A DNA stretch of 25,901 nt, taken from the NCBI RefSeq assembly GCF_006345805.1, contig NW_021834061.1:1-25901 (forward strand), read 5' to 3'. The stretch comes from Octopus sinensis (Eukaryota). Made by a program: the position numbers and the translations under genes. The notes under the pieces were generated by a model that ran no database searches, was not told the origin of the DNA, and saw nothing but the letters and a program-made list of their open reading frames with translations. Below, in pieces: positions 19,900 through 25,901 of this stretch (positions are counted from its first letter, which is position 1; each line of letters opens with the position of its first letter).

Positions 19900-20560
19900 C
19901 TCTCCCTCCTCCTCCTCCTCATCATCATCATCATCTCTATCCTCTTTCACCTCATAATCCTTCTTCTTCACTTCCTCCTCCCCCTCCTCCTCCTTCTCAT
20001 CATCATCATCATCATCATCGCCACCGTTTTTCACCTCCTAATCCTTCTTCTTCCCTCCTCCTCCTCCTTATCATCATCATCATCATCATCATCCTCATCG
20101 CCACCCTCTTTCACCTCATAATCCTTCTTCTTCACTTCCTCCTCCTCCTCCTCCTCATCATCATCATCATCATCGCCACCCTCTTTCACCTCCCAATCCT
20201 TCTCCTTCACTCCTCCTTCTCCTCCTCCTCCTCCTTCTCTTCATCATCATTATCATCATCATCATCGCCACCCTCTTTCACCTCCCAATCCTTCTCCTTC
20301 ACTCCTCCACCTCCTCCTCCTCCTCATCATCATCATCATCATCGCCACCCTCTTTCACCTCCTAATCCTTCTTCTTCACTCCTCCTCCTTATCATCATCA
20401 TCATCATCATCATCGCCACCCTCTTTCACCTCCCAATCCTTCTTCTCTCCTCCTCCTCCTCCTCCTCATCATCATCATCATCGCCACCCTCTTTCACCTC
20501 CTAATCCTTCTTCTTCACTCCCTCCTCCTCCTCCTTCTCATCATCATCATCATCACCATC
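19900..20560. repeat. Minisatellite: eight units of CATCGCCACCCTCTTTCACCTC(C/A)(C/T)AATCCTTCT with variable CCT/CAT triplet spacers
   Basis: TTTCAC anchors at 19945, 20029, 20109, 20184, 20276, 20353, 20424 and 20492. Confidence 0.92.
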
Positions 20561-20711
20561 ATTTTCTTTTTATTATTTTTTCCTCTAACACTTTTCCCCC
20601 TTGTTCTTCCTTCATCTTACAATTTTTTGCTATTATTGGTGTTCTTTCCCCCTTTCTTCAACAAGAACAACAAAAGCAACAAACAATAACGGTCACTTTA
20701 TCACCATAATG

Positions 20712-20850
20712 TTCCTCTAGTGAATGGTGGAATCGTTAATGCTCCGTCGCAAAGTTCCGGGCGAAATCACTTCCGGTATATAATTTGAGGACTTTTAAGC
20801 TATTGAAACCAAATCGTGCCGAGGTCATCTTTATGCTTGAACCCACCGGG
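20712..20850 (+). mobile_element. Old SINE A-related fragment
   Basis: GGTGGAATCGTTAATGC..AAATCGTGCCGAGGTCATCTTT..CCGGGG parallels the family A head and body. Confidence 0.4.
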
Positions 20851-20939
20851 GCTCAAATATTTTATATCAATTCCGTTTATTCTATAAATCTGGGGGCATC
20901 TCCTTAACTTAGAAATATATCATTATTATTTTTGTCTTT

Positions 20940-21081
20940 GTGCGGTTAAAAAGCTTGCTACCTTACCTCAAGTTCTGGGTTCAAGTCCCACTGCATGGTA
21001 TCTTGGGCAAGTGTCTTCCAGACTGACCAGAGCCTTTTGAGTGGATTTGGTGGACGGAAACCAAAAGAACTCCGTCGTGTG

Positions 21082-21085
<4 letters not shown>
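20940..21085 (+). mobile_element. SINE family C variant, 5' half
   Basis: Shares diagnostic variants with 15729-15880. Confidence 0.8.
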
Positions 21086-21118
<33 letters not shown>

Positions 21119-21315
21119 TAATAAATAAAATATATGCATACATACAAACATATATGTACGTACCTACATCTACATGTATATATACATGCATATATAAATA
21201 TATATACGTAAATACAGGACACCACAAATAGACGTAGAACTCAACAGAAACGAGAACGGAAATGCCATTTTTTACAACAGAAAAACAGAGATGTGTGTGT
21301 GTGTGTGTATACATA

Positions 21316-21410
21316 CCGTATTTTAACGTGTATACCCTCGTGTATAAAGAACCCCCTAATTTTGAGGGCCTAAAATTTGGAAAAAAAGGTTTTGTAAGGG
21401 ATTACAATAA
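21316..21410. mobile_element. Possible Tc1/mariner-pogo-type DNA transposon end fragment
   Basis: TA|CCGTATTTTAACGTGTATA start resembles TcMar termini; no second terminus found. Confidence 0.3.
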
Positions 21411-21545
21411 GACCCCAGGACTTATTCTTTGTAAGTCTAGTACTTATTCTATCGGTCTCTTTTGTCGAACCGCTAAGTTACGGGGACGTAAACACACCAG
21501 CATCAGTTGTCAAGCGATGTTGGGGGAACAAACACAGACACACAA

Positions 21546-21631
<86 letters not shown>

Positions 21632-21632
21632 T

Positions 21633-21670
<38 letters not shown>

Positions 21671-21837
21671 GACTGGCTTCTTTCAGTTTCCGTCTACCAA
21701 ATCGAATCTCAAGGCTTTGTTCGGCCCGAGGCTATAGCAGAAGACAGTTGCCGAAGGTGCCTCGCAGTGGGACTGAACCCGGAGCCAGCCATGTGGTTGG
21801 TAAACAAGCTACTTATCACACAGCCACTCCTACGCCT
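21411..21837 (-). mobile_element. SINE family C, tail lost, internal (CA)n(TA)n expansion
   Basis: Head CAGCCACTCCTACGCC at 21821-21836; body matches 5232-5621. Confidence 0.88.
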
Positions 21838-21974
21838 ATTTAGAATTTTACACTGGTAAAATTCTAAATAAAATCTTCCGAATATCAAAACACAATTCTT
21901 TATGATGGTTGAAATTGCTTATAAATTCCCTTCTTAAAAGGAAAAAAAATTAAAAAATAATAAACTCCACTCAC

Positions 21975-22064
21975 AGACTCAAAATACAATATAAACATAA
22001 CAACGACAACGTTTACAAGTACTAAAACCTCCATTTTTTTTTTAGTATATTTTATATATTTCAT
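21975..22064 (-). CDS. Speculative first coding exon: MKYIKYTKKKMEVLVLVNVVVVMFILYFES (signal peptide or type II signal anchor) ending at a GTGAGT donor
   Basis: ATG at 22064 (in-frame upstream TGA at 22088-22086), second ATG at 22034 in AAAATGG context, donor GTGAGT at 21974-21969 (phase 0); no homology evidence. Confidence 0.3.
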
Positions 22065-22199
22065 TCCCAGATAATGTTTTTCTTTTCACCTCAATTTTCC
22101 TATCGCTTTCTTTTTTTACTCTTCCTTGGGGAGATTTCAGTTGAGAAAATCTTCTCACTGCTGCCAACCCTCATCCACCTCTGCCGCCTTCTCGCTTTC

Positions 22200-22430
22200 C
22201 ACAAAATCAACAACGAATACAGTGACAACCGGCTCTAAGTAATATAACATGATCGGTGATGATGTTTTCATTGTTTCGGTCGTTGGTTATGGTACATTTC
22301 GGAGTGAGACAAAATAGTGACTTGTCAAAACCGATTGAACGGCACCGGTCTGTGACAATCAAACAACCTGGTCCCTTCAACAACCGCTCGTCCCTACTCT
22401 AACCTCCCACCGCCCAATAAGGATTTAGTT
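22200..22430. promoter_or_regulatory. Possible promoter region upstream of the candidate exon
   Basis: Non-repetitive, relatively CpG-containing; overlapping CCGCCC and CCAAT at 22410-22418; motif evidence only. Confidence 0.25.
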
Positions 22431-22589
22431 TCGTGCGTTAAAATTAAGTTCTGAGTTTTCAAAATATTTCCTCTTGACGTTGCTACAGTTAATGTTATTT
22501 AGTATCCATCCGTCTCTGCCTTCCTAAGAAGGCTCTGATCGACATTCAAGCCGTGACCATCATGAGTTTATTTTTTAAATATTTTCCAG

Positions 22590-22729
22590 CTGGTTGTGTG
22601 GTTAAGGTGCTTACTTTCCAACCATGCAGTGTTGGTTCGGACGCACTGCACGACACCTTGAGCATGTGTCTTCTAGTATACTCTATGGCTTACTAATGCA
22701 CTGTATGTAGATTTGGTAGACGGAAACTG
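22590..22729 (+). mobile_element. Degenerate SINE family C, 5' half
   Basis: TGTGTGGTTAAGGTGC..ACACCTTGAGCATGTGTCTTCT..TTTGGTAGACGGAAACTG. Confidence 0.65.
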
Positions 22730-22811
22730 TTGCCCATAGAGAAAGAACTGGCTTCTAACTTAGTTCCAAGACTCCTTCACTGGAATTCCAAGAACACCAA
22801 GAACAGGTATT

Positions 22812-23070
22812 TTGTATGTATGTATGTATGTATGTATGTATGTATATACGTATGTATGTATGTGTGTGTCTATGCATGTATGTATGTATGTATGTGTGTA
22901 TGTATGTATGTGTGTGTCTATGTATGTATGTATGTGTGTGTGTATGTATGTATGTATGTGTGTGTATGTATGTATGTGTGTGTATGTATGTATGTATGTG
23001 TGTGTGTGTGAATGTTTGTATGTATGTATGTATATATGTATGTGTGTATGTATGTATGTATGTATGTATG
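22812..23070. repeat. (TATG)n/(TG)n compound microsatellite
   Basis: Direct reading. Confidence 0.95.
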
Positions 23071-23327
23071 CTTTGTTCTATGTATGTATTCTAATGCATA
23101 CGCTTGCATATCTAAATATGCTCATAGATACTTAAATGATAAACTTCTGGGAAGTTTTACAACTTTTTACTGTTCCAGTGATGGACTGAATCTGTAATGT
23201 TCAAATCAGTTTTTTCCTTTCTGGTTTTGAGAAGCCTAATTTCTCAAGATTGGTATTTAGGCAGTGTAATACAGATCTCAGTGTCCCAATAATGAATGAA
23301 TGTATGTATGTATGTATGTATGTATGT

Positions 23328-23830
23328 AGCAGGTGGAGAAGGATTGTGCATGAGGGGACAGTCACGTTTGAGAAATCTCGAGTTGCACATGAGAAAGTAA
23401 GGAGGGCTGTCAGGAAGGGCATCGCTGTTACACTTCCAGAAGGGAAGGGTCTTCTTTTGATTCTGACATGCAATGTCTGTGCAAGACCCTGCCTCAGTAA
23501 AGCTGGACTCATGAGTCATTTTCGTAGTCATAAAGCGAGACAGATGAGTGACAACCTGACCACTGGTGGTGGTGTAACACACCATACTAATCATATCTGT
23601 CGGGCATGTGGAAGAGAGTATAATTCGGCAGGAGGACTCAAACGACATGCAAAGGTACATGAAGCCCAGATACAACTACAGCCGGCTGTTACCGATAAAG
23701 GTTTTAGTTGCCAATTCTGTACAAGACATTGTAGATCTTTAGCTGGGCTAAAAAGTCACATTCGATCACAGCACCAGTAACAGTTAAGCTTCGTGCAATG
23801 GCCATACTCGATAACGAGGGGGCAACCATA
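23328..23830 (+). mobile_element. 5'-truncated RTE (BovB-like) LINE 3' end encoding three C2H2 zinc fingers
   Basis: SRWRRIVHEG..FEKSR..KVRRAVRK (RTE C-terminal signature), then C2H2 fingers at 23469-23531, 23598-23660 and 23709-23774; stop at 23780; 50-nt 3' UTR; (ATGT)n tail. Confidence 0.85.
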
Positions 23831-23885
23831 ATGTATGTATGTATGTATGTATGTATGTATGTATGTATGTATGTATGTATGTATG

Positions 23886-23914
<29 letters not shown>
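23831..23914. repeat. (ATGT)n tail
   Basis: Direct reading. Confidence 0.95.
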
Positions 23915-23916
<2 letters not shown>

Positions 23917-23982
23917 GTACGAATGTATGTAACGTACTTCTAGTTCATTCAACTGGCAAGAATGAATTGTTCCTGCTATTCC

Positions 23983-24127
23983 GTGTCACATTCTGTGTCT
24001 CGCTGAATCTCCCTGGAAACTACGCTAAGGGTACACATATCTACGGAGTGCTCGGTCATTTGTAGAAGGAGTAGGCAGTTCCGTTGATCGGATCAACTGG
24101 GACACTCGTCTTATAACCGACGGAGAG
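23983..24127 (+). mobile_element. Degenerate SINE B tail type 1 fragment
   Basis: CGCTGAATCTCCCTGGAAACTACGCTAAGGGTACAC..GATCAACTGG..TAACCGACGGAG matches the reverse complement of about 760-910. Confidence 0.7.
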
Positions 24128-24490
24128 ACATGCAAAACCTCCTTCTCACTACTTTTGAGAACTATGAAATTGTGAAACGGACCGGGTGGGGGAACAAATT
24201 TTCTTAGCAACACTCTTTAATACTGGAACATTTCTTGCAGTATCAGTGTATGCCTTAACGTGACGAAAAACAGAAAGGGGTTATTGTACCATGGGAATAT
24301 ATATTGGAATGCAATATCCGATCGATTGACCAAAGACTATACATCCCTTTCGTTTTCTTCATTCAAACAGTTGATTGTTTTGCTGGACACAAGAGTTGTG
24401 ATTGTTTTCTGTGTGGCAGGGTTTCGAAATGAACAACGCCTCTTGTACCACATCGAACACTCAACAAAACCTATGAAAATAAAAATGTTG

Positions 24491-24908
24491 GGATCTTTTC
24501 GGTTTGAACGGCAGTTTTTACTAGCGGTGTCACATGAAATTGTCACCCATAATTATGACCCTAGTATCGATCTCTTGCATTTCAATCTGTTTTTGGGGTA
24601 GGGTTAGTTAGGGTTAGGGTTAGGGTATCTTTTTTCTTCAGAAATGTAAATAGACCCAATTTGTTTCTTAAACGAGGGACATATTCATACGGCACAGAAT
24701 GCTTTTTAACTCAATAGACGTCACTGATTGGTTGAAATTGCAGAAATTGAAGAAAAAACAGCAAATATCTTACAAACTATAGAATTTTCTCAATAAAGCC
24801 AAGAGAAAAAGATGTTTTATAAACACATTCTACCAGTATACGAAGTTTAAAAGTGTTTAGTTACGTGGAAATTATTTTAAAAAACTGCCGTTCAAACCGG
24901 AAAGATCC
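24491..24908. mobile_element. 418-nt MITE-like element with 29-bp TIRs and internal TTAGGG repeats
   Basis: GGATCTTTTCGGTTTGAACGGCAGTTTTT (24491-24519) versus AAAAACTGCCGTTCAAACCGGAAAGATCC (24880-24908), 28/29 complementary; TSD not resolved. Confidence 0.85.
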
Positions 24909-25079
24909 AAAGCTTGTTTTGATTGAGTTTTTGCTCTATGTCCTGGTGGATCCCGTTGCCGTTGGCGTTTAACATTTTTGTAGTGCATCCATCTTCCATC
25001 ATCGGTAAAATGGCGATTCAAAACCGATGGTTGAACTTTTGAATGAAGAGCAATGAAAGTGGTCTGTCAGTTGATGAGG

Positions 25080-25800
25080 AATTCATTTGCCAAATTCAGG
25101 CACGATTCCAAGTTTTATCAAATGGCGATGGACGGTAGAGGATGATGAATTAAGCCCTTTGGTAAATCTCCAACGTTGGCATTGACATTTCTCAATGCAA
25201 AACTGAAGATGCAGCCAAAATACAGGCCACTGTCTTCAGAAATATCAATGACTATTCGTTTGTGCTTGGGACAAATAAGCACAAAAGTCAGAGTAAGAGA
25301 CAGTGGACAATGTTCTATGAAGATAGCTTTACGTCGTCAACCAGGAGAATTCAGCTACGAAGCAATTGACCCAGCTCCCCTTCAGGGTTGGCGAATGCGA
25401 TGTGGTGGACAACGAAAAACCTGGCTGATGACAGTCAAGGCTGATCTGGAACCCAACCTAGGCCCCCATATCTACGGCGTTCGCCGCTGGAATTAGGAGT
25501 GGTTGGAGATCACGCGGTCGTTAGCCTCAAATCGCCAGGCCTGGTCGGCGTTTGTGAGAGATGAATGCAGCATTGAGGATGAATGAAGCCAGCTCAACCC
25601 ACTCCGGATGAATGCTGTAAGAAGAAGAAGAAGAAGAAGAAGAGAAGAAGAAGAAGAAGAAGAAGATAGCTTTACAAACGTGCAAGTCCTTCGACGAGCG
25701 GAGACCAGTAGAGAGCTTCTTGACGGCAAAAACTGTTAACAGGCTAATTTCATTGGACATCACATGAAAAAAAGATCTTTGGACACTCGGTGACGACTAG
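25080..25800 (+). mobile_element. Old, heavily decayed RTE-type LINE remnant interrupted by a younger RTE
   Basis: After the insert: NVQVLRRAETSRELL..QANFIGHHM (RTE N..VL.RA...LL..GH pattern); the 5' extent is weakly supported. Confidence 0.5.
25333..25661 (+). mobile_element. 5'-truncated RTE-clade LINE 3' end with (GAA)n tail
   Basis: PAPLQGWRMRCGGQRKTWLMTVKADLEP.LGPHIYGVRRWN*EW...LASNRQAW; TSD GAAGATAGCTTTAC at 25319-25332 and 25662-25675. Confidence 0.85.
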
Positions 25801-25818
25801 GAAGCGGAAAGGAAGCAA

Positions 25819-25901
25819 GAGTGGCTCTGTGGTAAAAAAAGGTTGCCTCCCAACCACATGATTCCGGGTTCAGTCACACTGCGTGGCATCTTTGACATGT
25901 G
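25819..25901 (+). mobile_element. SINE family C head, cut by the window end
   Basis: GAGTGGCTCTGTGGTAA..CCACATGATTCCGGGTTCAGTCACACTGCGTGGCA. Confidence 0.75.

Noticed and set aside
19728-20504. 258-aa His/Pro/Leu-rich ORF
   Set aside because: Five of seven repeat spacings are not multiples of three, so the frame is not preserved; the lack of stops is compositional
20768-20776. ETS-type CACTTCCGG promoter motif
   Set aside because: Lies inside a decayed SINE-A-like fragment; no other support
3182-23135. Dozens of long ORFs (HT/CV/YI/YLSI/MYVC-rich and similar) in the ORF track
   Set aside because: They are translations of di- and tetranucleotide microsatellites with no domain content
23130-23300. 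Possible 3' end of another LINE (CCCAATAATGAATG then ATGT repeats)
   Set aside because: Single copy with no coding remnant; the polyA signal is imperfect
23250-23780. 176-aa ORF as a host C2H2 zinc-finger gene
   Set aside because: The N-terminal part is microsatellite; the RTE signature, short UTR and (ATGT)n tail identify a LINE 3' end
24260-24601. 113-aa ORF
   Set aside because: No recognisable motif, and it runs across the MITE boundary at 24491
24596-24626. Interstitial telomere or chromosome-fusion scar
   Set aside because: Only about four units, internal to a TIR element
25007-25015. YY1-like AAAATGGCG or start codon
   Set aside because: The ORF closes after 10 codons and there is no supporting context
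106-25901. tRNA-like sequences at SINE heads
   Set aside because: Each runs into a multi-copy SINE body and lacks a complete cloverleaf; not called as tRNA genes

Overview
Eukaryotic, AT-rich, repeat-saturated non-coding DNA with no intact protein-coding gene and no prokaryotic features. The SINE set and microsatellite density suggest an octopus or other coleoid cephalopod genome; this is recognition, not a database result. Nearly all ORFs in the supplied track are microsatellite artefacts. The real coding remnants are all broken retroelements: four or five RTE-clade LINE pieces (one ending in three intact C2H2 fingers), two R4/Dong-like RLE LINE pieces stacked in (TAA)n, a Tx1/L1-like LINE tied to (TATC)n, and a Penelope-like GIY-YIG remnant. 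About 20 copies of tRNA-derived SINEs (labelled A-F here, my own labels) and one TIR MITE fill much of the rest. Three signals stand out. (1) Five hammerhead-ribozyme-like cores lie in four short (130-200 nt or smaller) element types, mostly abutting (TA)n; one is a discrete 153-nt insert with a 17-bp TSD. (2) SINE-A multimers use the same internal junction at three loci, and both of their resolvable TSDs end in the same ATACC motif, suggesting re-priming during reverse transcription. (3) Each retroelement family is paired with its own microsatellite. One speculative host exon (basic N-terminus, hydrophobic segment, GTGAGT donor, minus strand near 22.0 kb) would make most of the window an intron. 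Penelope-associated hammerheads are known in other animals, so novelty here would be at family or lineage level unless activity is shown. Element boundaries were read by eye and may be off by a few bases.
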